Assembly (NCBI RefSeq): GCF_044704955.1
Contig: NC_091980.1
Location: forward strand, 129,890,001 to 129,954,000
Direction: 5' to 3'
Source of the DNA: Pristiophorus japonicus
Lineage: Eukaryota
Length of the DNA stretch: 64,000 nucleotides
This document shows, one piece after another, positions 10,372-23,482 of the stretch (positions are counted from its first letter, which is position 1; each line of letters opens with the position of its first letter). The notes under the pieces were generated by a model. That model ran no database searches. It was not told the origin of the DNA and saw only the letters and a program-made list of their open reading frames with translations. The position numbers and the translations under genes are program-made.

Positions 10372-13300
10372 ACTGACTGGATCAAGCTTAGTGTTTCATA
10401 CTTGTATTTATATAATTGGGGGACCCTTCGCCAGGCATGTAGGGAATGATGGCTTGTGACTTTGTATAAATAAACTGTTCAACATTGGACTGGGCTTTGT
10501 CTCCTTGTAAGTTTGAGTGGTTGCTTATTTTTCAATTAACATAACTTGGTTTACATCAAACAAGAGCGGTGCAGGCTCGAAGGGCCGAATGGCCTACTCC
10601 TGCACCTATTTTCTATTTTCTATGTTAAGAATTACACAGTGCTGTGCAACAGTGTTCTGGGATTCGGTCCTATGAAATTTGTTTCTATTCTACTGTAATA
10701 TCAATGTACTGATTATGATATTCCAGCACCTGTTATAAGATCTAAAATGTTGAAGGGTACGTTCAGACAATTGACAGCCCCATGGAATATTGGCCCAATG
10801 ACCAAAAGCATATTCAGAGGTATGTTTTAAGGAGGTACAGAGATGTTTAGGGAGGGATCTCCAGAGCTTGGGACTTGGACATCTGTATAAAATTACATCT
10901 TCCAACTATCTGCCCTTGCATAAATGACAATTCAATCGAATTAAAATACAAGTTGATGTAACATGTGTTTAACACAGGGAAATTTGCCAGTAAATCAGTG
11001 TTGCACCATTTCAGTCCAGTGAAGAAAGTCCTGGATTAGCTTCCTCTTAAGTGTATCAGCCCTGTGAAGAGCAGTTTGTTTGCAGTAGCTGCTACAGATC
11101 CTGTTCAGTTATCCAGGCACTTCAGTATCAGGACTCACCACTGCTGCTGTTGCCTTTCTGTTAAGCTTTGTAGGCAGACAAGCAATGTCTCAGCACACTG
11201 AACTCTGGGCACTAAAATTGGGTGAGGAGGGAAAGCAACAGGTGGCATCAGCTTGCTGTCACAGCTTCATTGGTCAGTGTGGATACCCGAGTCGGTGTGG
11301 TTCTAGGACAGCTTCTCTTCCGCCCGCTCTCATCATGGTTGAATAACGCAGCAACACAACCGAGATTCATATGAATAAGGAATTGGGTAAGGTATTGAAA
11401 GACTAACTGTACTCCAACAAAATATAATCCTTCTGGAAGGAGTAAATGTATTTCATTGCACAAAGCAAAAGGCCCAAGAAGTTAAACACATTTCTCCCCT
11501 GCCCTGGCCCTAATGCCTTAAACTCTATCAATTTGTATTTAATCCCACTGTGTGTTACATAACCATCACCCTGGATTGGATCTCCATTTCTCTCCTTCAC
11601 GGCTATGGATGGATTCAAATGTTAATTCCTCAGCTCCAATAATCCAGTGTTTACAAGTTATTTTTAGGAATTTAGCTGAGGACTGTAGTGGGTGCAATTA
11701 ATTTGCCATGGACACATTCCAGGTTAATGTCTTCACAACTCTCAAAAGCACCTTTGGGGTAGCGATGTTACAAAATTTCATATATTGATGAGCCACAGTT
11801 CCACGAGTTGGCCTGGGTTTGCGTGCTGATGGGTTTGATGACTTCATGTATTCAACAAAGTCACCAGCTGACTCGATGTGAAACTACAGGTGCTCGTGTT
11901 TTAACAATTACTTACAATTTACATCTCAGAAAAAGACCATTCGGGCCAACTGGCCCATGCTGTGGTTTACGCTCCATGTGAGTCATCTCCCACCCCACTT
12001 CATCTAGACTGATTAGCACATCCTTCTATTCCGTTCTCCCTCAAATTTATCTAGCTTCCCCTTGAATGCATCTATGCTCTTTGCATTCAGAGTTATTACT
12101 GCGGGTAGCTCAGTAAACGTACCGCTCCTGCTGTGGATTTTCTGTTAAGCTGTGTGGGCAAAGAAGTGAGTAACAGCTATAGAGACCAGCAATGTTTGAG
12201 CTCAAGGACAACATTTATTGTCCGTCCCTAATTGCCCTTGAGAAGGTGCTGGTCAGCTATCTTCTTGAACTGCTGCAGTCTTGTGATGAAGATACTCCCA
12301 CAGTGCTGTTAGGGAGGGAGTGCCAGGATTTTGCCCCAGTGACGAAGAAGGAACGCCGATATATTTACAAATCAGAATGGCGTGTAACTTGGAGGGGAAC
12401 TTGCAGGTGAGGGTGGTCGAGTTAAGTTTCTGGTCAATGGTGACCCACAGGGGTTGATGCTGGGGAATTCAGTGACAGTGAATGCTAAGGGCAGATGGTT
12501 AGACTCTTGCTTGTTGCAGACAGTCATGGCGTGGCACTAGTGTGGTGCCATTGTTACTTGCCCCTTATCAGCCCAAGCCTGAATATCATCCAAGTCTTGC
12601 TGCATGCGGGCTTGGACTGCTTCATTTTCTGAGGTTTTGCAAATTGAACTGAACACTGTGTAATTTTCAACATACATCCCCACTTCTGACCTTATGATGG
12701 AGGGAACATCATTGATGAATCAGTTGAAGATTGCTGGGCCGAGGACACTGCCCTGTGGAACTCCTGCACCGATGTCCTGGGGCTTTGGTGATTGACCTCC
12801 AAAAACGACAGCCATCTTCATTTGTGCTAGGTATGACTCCAGCCAGTGGAGAGTTTTCTATATTTGCATTGACTTCAATTTTACTAGGGCTCCTTGAGGC
12901 TGCACTCAGTCAGATGCTGCCTTGATGTCAAAGGAAGTTACTCTCACCTCACCTGAATAAGAACATAAGAATTAGGAACAGGAGTAGGCCATCTAGCCCC
13001 TCGAGCCTGCTCTGCCATTCAACAAGATCATGGCTGATCTGGCCGTGGACTCAGCTCCACTTACCCGCCTGCTCCCCATAACCCTTAATTCCCTTATTAG
13101 TTAAAAATCTATCTATCTGTGACTTGAATACATTCAATTAGCTAGCCTCAAATGCTTCCTTGGGCAGAGAATTCCACAGATTCACAACGCTCTGGGAAAA
13201 GAAATTCCTTCTCAACTCGGTTTTAAATTAGCTCCCCGGTATTTTGAGGCTGTGCCCCCTAGTTCTAGTCTCCCCGACCAGTGGAAAAAACCTCTCTGCT

Positions 13301-14123
13301 TGTATCTTGTCTATCCCTTTCATTATTTTAAATGTTTCTATAAGATCACCCCTCATCCTTCTGAACTCCAACGAGTAAAGACCCAGTCTACTCAATCTAT
13401 CATCATAAGGTAACCCCCTCATCTCCGGAATCAACATAGTGAATCGTCTCTGTACACCCTCCAAAGCCAGTATATCCTTCTTTAAGTAAGGCGACCAAAA
13501 CTGCACACAGTACTCCAGGTGCGGCCTCACCAATACCCTATACAGTTGCAGAAGGACCTCCCTGCTTTTGTACTCCATCCCTCTCACAATGAAGGCCAAC
13601 ATTCCATTCGCCTTCCTGATTACCTGCTGCACCTAAAACTAACGTTTTAGGATTCATGCACAAGGACCCCCAGGTCCCTCTGCACCACAGCATGTTGTAA
13701 TTTCTCCCCATTCAAATAGTATTCCCTTTTTTTGTTTTTTTTCCCAAGGTGGATGACCTCACACTTTCCGACATTGTATTCCATCTGCCAAATCTTAGCC
13801 CATTCGCTTAACCTATCTAAATCTCTTTGCAGCCTCTCTGTGTCCTCTACACAACCCGCTTTCCCACTAATCTTTGGGTCATCTGCAAATTTTGTTACAC
13901 TACACTCTGTCCCCGCTTCCAAGTCATCTATGTATATTGTAAACAGTTGTGGTCCCAGTACCGATCCCTGTGGCACACCACTAACCACCGATTTCCAACC
14001 CGAAAAGGACCCATTTATCCCGACTCTCTGCTTTCTTTTAGCTAGCCAATTCTCTATCCATGCTAATACATTTCCTCTGACTCCGCGTACCTTTATCTTC
14101 TGCAGTAACCTTTTGTGTGGCAC

Positions 14124-17100
14124 CTCAGATGAATACGTGGCTTGAGCAATGGTGCAGCAGGGAGGGATTCAAATTCCTGGGGCATTGGAACCGGTTCTGG
14201 GGGAGGTGGGACCAGTACAATCCGGACGGTCTGCACCTGGGCAGAATCGGAACCAATGTCCTCGGGGGAGTGTTTGCTAGTGCTGTTGGGGAGGAGTTAA
14301 ACTAATATGGCAGGGGGATGGGAACCAATGCAGGGAGATAGAGGGAAACAAAAAGGAGGCAAAAGCAAAAGACAGAAAGGAGATGAGGAAAAGTGGAGAG
14401 CAGAGAAACCCAAGGCAAAGAACAAAAAGGACAATTGTACAACAAAATTCTAAAAGGACAGAGGGTGTTAAAAAAACAAGCCGAAAGGCTTTGTGTCTTA
14501 ATGCAAGGAGTATCCGCAATAAGGTGGATGAATTAACTGTGCAAATAGATGTTAACAAATATGATGTGATTGGGATTACGGAGACGTGGCTCCAGGATGA
14601 TCAGGGCTGGGAACTCAACATCCAGGGGTATTCAACATTCAGGAAGGATAGAATAAAAGGAAAAGGAGGTGGGGTAGCATTGCTGGTTAAGGAGGAGATT
14701 AAGGCAATAGTTAGGAAGGACATTAGCTTGGATGATATGGAATCTATATGGGTAGAGCTACAGAACACCAAAGGGCAAAAAACGTTAGTGGGAGTTGTGT
14801 ACAGACCTCCAAACAGTAGTAGTGATGTTCGGGAGGGCATCAAACAGGAAATTAGGGGTGCATGCAATAAAGGTGCAGCAGTTATAATGGGTGACTTTAA
14901 TATGCACATAGATTGGGCTAACCAAACTGGAAGCAATACGGTGGAGGAGGATTGCCTGGAGTGCATAAGGGATGGTTTTTTAGACCAATATGTCGAGGAA
15001 CCAACTCGGGGGGAGGCCATCTTAGACTGGGTGTTATGTAATGAGAGAGGATTAATTAGCAATCTCGTTGTGCGAGGCCACTTGGGGAAGAGTGACCATA
15101 ATATGGTGGAATTCTACATTAGGATGGAGAATGAAACAGTTAATTCAGAGACCATGGTCCAGAACTTAAAGAAGGCTAACTTTGAAGGTATGAGGCGTGA
15201 ATTGGCTGGGATGGATTGGCGAATGATACTTAAGGGGTTGACTGTGGATGGGCAATGCCAGACATTTAGAGACCGCATGGATGAACTACAACAATTTTAC
15301 ATTCCTGTCTGGCATAAAAATAAAAAAGGGAAGGTGGCTATCAAGGGAAATCAGGGATAGTATTAAAGCCAAGGAAGTGGCATACAAATTGGCCAGAAAT
15401 AGCAACGAACCTGGGGACTGGGAGAAATTTAGAACTCAGCAGAGGAGGACAAAGGGTTTGATTAGGGCAGGGAAAATGGAATATGAGAAGAAGCTTGCAG
15501 GGAACATTAAGACGGATTGCAAAACTTTCTATAGATATGAAAAGAGAAAAAGGTTAGTAAAGACAAACATAGGTCCCCTGCAGTCAGAATCAGGGGAAGT
15601 CATAACGGGGAACAAAGAAATGGCGGACCAATTGAACAAGTACTTTGGTTCGGTATTCACTAAGGAGGACACAAACAACCTTCCGGTTATAAAAGGGGTC
15701 GGGGGGTCTAGTAAGGAGGAGGAACTGAGGGAAATCCTTATTAGCTAGGAAATTGTGTTGGGGAAATTGATGGGATTGAAGGCCGATAAATCCCCAGGGC
15801 CTGATGGACTGCATCCCAGAGTACTTAAGGAGGTGGCCTTGGAAATAGTGGATGCATTGACAGTCATTTTCCAACATTCCATTGACTCTGGATCAGTTCC
15901 TATAGAGTGGAGGGTAGCCAATATAACCCCACTTTTTAAAAAAGGAGGGAGAGAGAAAACAGGGAATTATAGACCGGTCAGCCTGACATCGGTAGTGGGT
16001 AAAATGATGGAATCAATTATTAAGGATTTCATAGCAGTGCATTTGGAAAGGGGTGACATGATAGGTCCAAGTCAGCATGGATTTGTGAAAGGGAAATCAT
16101 GCTTGACAAATCTTCTGGAATTTTTTGAGGATGTTTCCAGTAGAGTGGACAAGGGAGAACCAGTTGATGTGGTATATTTGGACTTTCAGAAGGCGTTCGA
16201 CAAGGTCCCACACAAGAGATTGATGTGCAAAGTTAGAGCACATGGGATTGGGGGTAGTGTGCTGACATGGATTGAGAACTGGTTGTCAGACAGGAAGCAA
16301 AGAGTAGGAGTAAATGGGTACTTTTCAGAATTGCAGGCAGTGACTAGTGGGGTACCGCAAGGTTCTGTGCTGGGGCCCCAGCTGTTTACACTGTACATTA
16401 ATGATTTAGATGAGGGGATTAAATGTAGTATCTCCAAATTTGCGGATGACACTAAGTTGGGTGGCAGTGTGAGCTGCGAGGAGGATGCTGTGAGGCTGCA
16501 GAGCGACTTGGATAGGTTAGGTGAGTGGGCAAATGCATGGCAGATGAAGTATAATGTGGATAAATGTGAGGTTATCCACTTTGGTGGTAAAAACAGAGAG
16601 ACAGACTATTATCTGAATGGTGACAGATTAGGAAAAGGGGAGGTGCAAAGAGACCTGGGTGTCGTGGTACATCAGTCATTGAAGGTTGGCATGCAGGTGC
16701 AGCAGGCGGTTAAGAAAGCAAATGGCATGTTGGCCTTCATAGCAAGGGGATTTGAGTACAGGGGCAGGGAGGTGTTGCTACAGTTGTACAGGGCATTGGT
16801 GAGGCCACACCTGGAGTATTGTGTACAGTTTTGGTCTCCTAACCTGAGGAAGGACATTCTTGCTATTGAGGGAGTGCAGCGAAGGTTCACCAGACTGATT
16901 CCCGGGATGGCGGGACTGACCTATCAAGAAAGACTGGATCAACTGGGCTTGTATTCACTGGAGTTCAGAAGAATGAGAGGGGATCTCATAGAAACATTTA
17001 AAATTCTGATGGGTTTAGACAGGTTAGATACAGGAAGAATGTTCCCAATGTTGGGGAAGTCCAGAACCAGAGGTCACAGTCTAAGGATAAGGGGTAAGCC

Positions 17101-17368
17101 ATTTAGGACCGAGATGCGGAGGAACTTCTTCACCCAGAGAGTGGTGAACCTGTGGAATTCTCTACCACAGAAAGTTGTTGAGGCCAATTCACTAAATATA
17201 TTCAAAAAGGAGTTAGATGAGGTCCTTACTACTAGGGGGATCAAGGGGTATGGCGAGAAAGCAGGAATAGGGTACTGAAGTTGAATGTTCAGCCATGAAC
17301 TCATTGAATGGCGGTGCAGGCTAGAAGGGCCGAATGGCCTACTCCTGCACCTATTTTCTATGTTTCTA
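14124..17368 (+). mobile_element. CR1 LINE 'D' (end of ORF1 plus ORF2 APE-RT, disrupted)
   Basis: ORF1 end DGLHL, APE ORF 14383-15360, frameshift near 15340, stop at 15746-15748, RT ORF 15755-17278 with FADDTK. CR1 tail ctattttctatgtttctat. Confidence 0.95.
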
Positions 17369-18498
17369 TGCCTTTTGAAAATCTAAATACACCACATCCA
17401 TCGGTCCACCTCTAGCCACCATGCTCGTTATATTCTCAAAGAATTCCAGTAAATTAGTTAAACATGATTTCCCCTTCATGAATCCATGCTGCATCTGCTT
17501 GATTTCACTATTTCTATCGAGATGTCCCGCTATTTCTTCCTTAATGATAGTTTCAAGCATTTTCCCCACTACAGATGTTAAACCAACCGGCCTATAGTTA
17601 CCTGCCTTTTGTCTGCCCCCTTTTTTAAACAGAGGCATTACATTAGCTGCTTTCCAATCCACTGGTACATCCCCAGAGTCCAGAGAATTTTGGTAGATTA
17701 TAATGAATGCGTCTGCTATAACTTCTGCCATCTCTTTTAATACCCTGGGATGCATTTCATCAGGACCAGGGGACTTGTCTACCTTGAGTCCCATTAGCCT
17801 GTCCAGCACTACCCCCTAGTGATAGTGATTGTCTCCAGGTCCTCCCTTCCCACATTCCTGTGACCAGCAATTTCTGGCATGGTTTCTGTGTCTTCCACTG
17901 TGAAGACCGAAGCAAAATAATTGTTTAAGGTCTCAGCCATATCCACATTTCCCATTATTAAATTCCCCTTCTCATCTTCTAAGGGACCAACATTTACTTT
18001 AGTCACTCTTTTCCGTTTTATATATCTGTAAAAGCTTTTACTATCCGTTTTTATGTTTTGCGCAAGTTTATCTTCGTAATCTATCTTTCCTTTCTTTATT
18101 GCTTTTTTAGTCATTCTTTGCTGTCATTTAAAATTTTCCCAATCTTCTATTTTCCCACTAACCTTGGCCACCTTATACGCATTGGTTTTTAATTTGATAC
18201 TCTCCTTAATTTCCCTGGTTATCCACGGCTGGTTATCCCTTCTCTTACCGCCCTTCTTTTTGATTGGAATATATTTTTGTTGAGCACTATGAAAGAGCGC
18301 CTTAAAAGTCCTCCACTGTTCCTCAATTGTGCCACCGTTTAGTCTGTGTTTCCAGTCTACTTTAGCCACTCTGCCCTCATCCCACTGTAGTCCCCTTTGT
18401 TTAAGCATAGTATGCTCGTTTGAGACACTACTTCCTCACCCGAAATCTGTATTACAAATTCAACCACACTGTGATCACTCATTCCAAGAGGATCTTTT

Positions 18499-19432
18499 AG
18501 AAACATAGAAACATAGAAAATAGGTGCAGGAGTAGGCCATTCGGCCCTTCTAGCCTGCACCGCCATTCAATGAGTTCATGGCTGAACATGCAACTTCAGT
18601 ACCCCATTCCTGCTTTCTCACCATACCCCTTGATTCCCCTAGTAGTAAGGACTTCATCTAACTCCTTTTTGAATATATTTAGTGAATTGGCCTCAACAAC
18701 TTTCTGTGGTAGAGAATTCCACAGGTTCACCACTCTCTGGGTGAAGAAATTCCTCCTCATCTCGGTCCTAAATGGCTTCCCCCTTATCCTTAGACTGTGT
18801 CCCCTGGTTCTGGACTTCCCCAACATTGGGAACATTCTTCCTGCATCTAACCTGTCTAACCCCGTCAGAATTTTAAACGTTTCTATGAGGTCCCCTCTCA
18901 TTCTTCTGAACTCCAGTGAATACAAGCCCAGTTGATCCAGTCTTTCTTGATAGGTCAGTCCCGCCATCCCGGGAATCAGTCTGGTGAACCTTCGCTGCAC
19001 TCCCTCAATAGCAAGAATGTCCTTCCTCAGGTTAGGAGACCAAAACTGTACACAATACTCCAGGTGTGGCCTCACCAAGGCCCTGTCCAATTGTAGCAAC
19101 ACCTCCGTGCCCTTGTACTCAAATCCCCTCGCTATGAAGGCCAACATGCCATTTGCTTTCTTAACCGCCTGCTGTACCTGCATGCCAACCTTCAATGACT
19201 GATGTACCATGACACCCAGGTCTCTTTGCACCTGCCCTTTTCCTAATCTTTCACCATTCAGATAATAGTCTGTCTCTCTGTTTTTACCACCAAAGTGGAT
19301 AACCTCACATTTATCCACATTATACTTCATCTGCCATGCATTTGCCCACTCACCTAACCTATCCAAGTCGCTCTGCAGCCTCATAGAATCCTCCTTGCAG
19401 CTCACACTGCCACCCAACTTAGTGTCATCCGC
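18499..19432 (-). mobile_element. CR1 LINE 'E', 5'-truncated, same subfamily as D
   Basis: ORF 18596-19417 is nearly identical to the C-terminal part of 15755-17278. (AGAAACAT)n tail at 18499. Confidence 0.93.
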
Positions 19433-21810
19433 ACTAGGAGATCGTTTATTATTCCTGTCTCATTACAGAGGACCAGATCTAAGATAGCTTGCTCCCATGT
19501 AGGTTCTGTAACATACTGTTCTAAGAAACAATCCCGTATGCATTCTATGAATTCCTCCTCCAGGCTACCCCATGCGATTTGATTTGACCAATCAATCGAT
19601 ATGTAGGTTAAAATCCCCCATGATTACTGCCGTTCCTTTTTCACATGCTTCCATTATTTCCTTGGTTATTGCCCGCCCCACCGTGAAGTTATTATTTGAG
19701 GGCCTATAAACTACGCCCACCAGTGACTTTTTCCCCTTACTATCTCTAATCTCCACCCACAATGATTCAACATTTTGTTCAATAGAGCCAATATAGTCTC
19801 TCACAACTGACCTGATATCATCCTTTATTAACAGAGCTACCCCACCTCCTTTCCCTTCTTGTCTATCTTTCCGAATCGTCAGATACCCCTGTATGTTTAA
19901 TTCCCAGTCTTGGCCACCCTGCAACCATGTTTCTGTAATGGCCACCAAATCGTACCCATTTGTAATGATTTGTGCCGTCAACACATTTACTTTATTTCGA
20001 ATGCTGCTTGCGTTTAGGTAGAATGTTTTAATACTAGTTTTTAATCCATGATTTTTAGTTTTGACCCCTCCTGCAGCCCCTTTACATTCAGTGGCCCTTT
20101 TTGTTTTTTACCTTGGGTTTCTCTGCCCTCCACTTTTACTCATCTCCTTTCTGTCTTTTGCTTTTGTCTCCTTTTTGTTTCCCTCTGTCTCCCTGCATTG
20201 GTTCCCATCCCCCTGCCAAATTAATTTAACTCCTCCCCAACAGCACTAGCAAACACTCTGGAATTCAGTTCCGTTGTACATGTTTGGACCAGGCTGTAAT
20301 GAGGTCAGGAGCCAAGTGGTCCTGACGCAACCCAAACTGGGCATCGGTGAGCAGATTATTGATGAGTCGAACTGTCAACCACATCTTCTATTACTTTGCT
20401 GATGATTGAGAGTAGATTGATGGGGCGGTAATTGGCCAGAATGGATTTGTCCTGCTTTTTGTGGACAGGATATATCTGGGCAGTTTTTCACATTGTCGCG
20501 TAGATGCCAGTGTCTCTGTACTGGAACATCTGGGCTGAGGCGTGGCTAATTCTGGAGCATAAGACAGCTAGGATGATGTCGGGGCCTATCGCCTTTACAA
20601 TATCCAGTGCACTCAGCTGTTTTTTGATATCATGTGAAGTGAATTGAATTGGATGAAGACTGGCTTCTGTGGTGGTGGGCACGTCAGGAGAAGGCCGAGA
20701 AAAATCATCCATGAGATACTTCTGGCTGAAGATGGTTGCAAATACTTCAACCTTGTCTTTTGCACTCGCGTGCTGGGCTCCGCCATCATTGAGGATGGGG
20801 TTCTTCATGGAGCCTCCTCCCTCCATTTGTTGTTTAATCATCCACCACCATTCATGATTAGATGTGACAGGACTGCAGAGCTTTGATCTGATCCGTTGAT
20901 TGTGGGATCGCTTAGCTCTGTCTGTAGCATGTTGCTTCTGTTTTTTAGCATGCATGTAGTTGAGTTGCAGTTTCGATAATTGACATTTCATTGTTAGGTG
21001 CGCCTGGTGTTGCTCCTGGTATCATCGTCTGCACTCCTCATTGAACCAGGATTGGTCACTTGGTTTGATTGTAAAGCTAAAGTGAGGGATATGCCGGGCC
21101 ATGAATTTACAGATTGTGGTGGAATACAATTCTGCAGTTATTGATGACCCACAGTGCCTCATGGATGTCCAGTTTTGAGCTGCTAGATCTGTTTTGAATC
21201 TATTCCATTTAACACTGTGGTCGAGCCAATCGAAGGAGGGTGTCCTCAGTGTGAAGACAGGATTTTATCTCCACAATGACTGTGTGGTGGTCACTGCTAC
21301 CAATGCTGTCATGGTCAGATCAATCTGTGACAGGTAGATTGGTGAGGTTGAGGACAAGTAGGTTTTACCCTTGTGTTCGTTCTCTCACCATCTGTCGCAG
21401 GCCCAATCTGGCAGCTATATCCTTCAGGACACAGCCCACTTGGGCAGTGCTACCAAGCCACTCTTGGTGATGGACATTGAAGTCCATTGCTACTATCAGT
21501 GCTTCTTCCAAGTGGCCTTCAACATGGAGGTGTACTGATTCATCAGCTGAGGGAGGGCGGTAGGTGGTAATCAGCAGGAGGTTTCCATGCCCATGCTTGA
21601 CCTGAACCCATGGGACTTGATCGGGTCCAGAGTAAATGTTGAGGACTCCTACCGCTACTCCCTCCCAACTGTATACCACTGTGTCACCACCTCTGGTGGG
21701 TCTGCCCTTCCGGTGGGACAGGACATGCGCAAGGATGGTAATGGTGGAATCTGGGACATTGGCTGAAAGGTATGATTCTGTGATTATCACTATGTCAGGC
21801 TGTTGCTTGA

Positions 21811-22476
21811 TGATAATCATCATAGGCAATCCCTCGGAATTGAGGAAGACTTGCTTCCACTCCTGAAGTGAGTTCTTTGGTGGCTGAACAATCCAATACG
21901 AGAGCCACAGATAGTCGTTGAGGGAAAGGGTGGGTGGGACTGGTTTGCCACACACTCTTTCTGCTGCCTGTGCTTGAGTTCTGCATGCTCTCGGCGATGA
22001 GACGCGAGATGCTCAGCGCCCTCTCGGATGCACTCCCTCCATTTAGGGCGGTTGTGCGCCAGGGACTCCAAGTTATCAGTGCGCATGTCGCTATTTATCA
22101 GGGAGGCTTAGAGGGTGTCCTTGTTGCGTTTCCGCTGCCCACCTTTGGCTCATTTGCCATGAAAGAGCTCCGAGTAGAGCTCTTGCTTTGGGAGTCTCAT
22201 GTCTGGCATGTGAACTATGTGGCCTGCCCAGCGGAGCTGATCGAGTGTGGTCAGTGCTTCAATGCTGGGGATGTTAGCCTGGACGAGGATGCTGATGTTG
22301 GTGCGCCTGTCCTCCCAGGGGATTTGTAGGATCTTGCGGAGGCATAGTTGGTGATATTTCTCCAGCAACTTGAAGTGTCTGCTGTACATGGTCCATGTCT
22401 TTGAGCTATACAGGAGGGCAGGTATTACTACAGCCCTGTAGACCATGAGCTTGGTAGCAGTTTTGAGGGTCTGGTC
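21811..22476 (-). mobile_element. RTE-clade LINE 3' fragment
   Basis: ORFs 22150-22506 and 21820-22086 match the RTE C-terminus. (CAT)n-like tail at 21811. Confidence 0.9.
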
Positions 22477-22921
22477 TTGACTAGCCTGTGGGACAGTTCT
22501 CCCCATTTTGGCACAAAATTCCAGACGAGTGAGGAGGACTTTGCAGGGTCGACTGGGCTGGGTGTACCATTGTCATGTTAGAAGCCGGTTCCGTGGTCGA
22601 TGCCGGGTAGTCGGTCCTGTTTTATTCTTATTAATGTTTCTCGTAGCAGTTTGTTGCAACTGAGTGGCTTGCTAGGCCATTTCAGAGGGCAGTTAAGACT
22701 CAACCACATTTCTGTGGGTTTGGAGTCGCATACAGGCCAGACCAGGTAAGGACGGCAGATTTCCTTCCCTAAGGACATTAGTGAAGCAGATGGGTTGTTA
22801 CGACAATCCGATAGCTCCCTGGGCAACATTACTGATACCAAATTTGATTCCAGATTTAAATTTAATTAATTGAATTTAAATTCCCCAGCTGCCGTGGTGG
22901 GACTTTGGATCATTAGTCCAG

Positions 22922-23263
22922 GCTCCACCGGTACGCTCGCGGCCTTCCGCGAGAGGTGGGCGCCGGAGGGACTGGAGTGCATCGTTACCCCCGGCAACCA
23001 AATTTTAATTTGCTTTTATATGTTTTAAAGTTTAATTTGTTTTAATTGTCGGTTTTAGTGTCCTCCTTCCCTTTTATAGGGGGCACTTGTAAAATATATG
23101 GTTTTAATGCCCCCCAAAAAATCACAAAAAACCCCATAAATAAACAAAAAAAACCCAAAAACAACATTTGTTAAAAAAAAAAGGGGCAGTTAAGTGTCTG
23201 GAGTGTCCCCCAGATCGGGGGGCACTTGATCTAACGTTTATTTTGTTCCCCTCCCAAAAGAGT
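22922..23263 (+). mobile_element. Tx1-like LINE 3' end
   Basis: Translates STGTLAAFRERWAPEGLECIVTPGNQILI*. The 3'UTR is shared with 39943-40114 and ends cccaaaagagtt. Confidence 0.78.
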
Positions 23264-23482
23264 TGTACAGCTGTTGATTGCGATTTCTGCGGTCACCACA
23301 ATTCATATGTTGATGGGTCACAATTCTATAAGTCAGGTTGGGTTTGCGTGCTGATGGGTTTGACGGCTTCATGTTTCAGACAAAACAAATTCTTCAGCTC
23401 ACTCGATGTGAAAAACTTTACAGGTGCCCATGTTTTAAGAATTACATCGAATTTACAGCACAGAAAAAGGCCATTCAGCCTG

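Larger units (their letters stand above)
12955..20255 (-). mobile_element. CR1 LINE 'C', 5'-truncated at the end of ORF1, split into 12955-14125, 17369-18498 and 19433-20255
   Basis: APE (19592-19984), linker (18124-18408, 17809-18114) and RT (17366-17809, 13647-14123, 13228-13632) are colinear on the minus strand. The FQKA|F..VPHKRL motif is split by element D. Confidence 0.9.
12205..22922 (-). mobile_element. Jockey-like-RT CR1/L2-group LINE, host of nested insertions (pieces 12205-12954, 20256-21810, 22477-22922)
   Basis: Endonuclease (ITESYL, TTYRPPS, DFNVHHQEWLGS) in ORF 21365-21955 and linker in ORF 20488-20991. [12 protein letters not shown] near 12735-12770. The sequence joins across cacct|ctggaattc (12954/20256). 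Confidence 0.8.

Noticed and set aside
13732-14145. Recurrent antisense ORFs over CR1 RT and APE (also 14601-15062, 30004-30627, 40069-40542)
   Set aside because: These are shadow frames of the same repeat family, so their recurrence reflects repeat homology and not independent genes.
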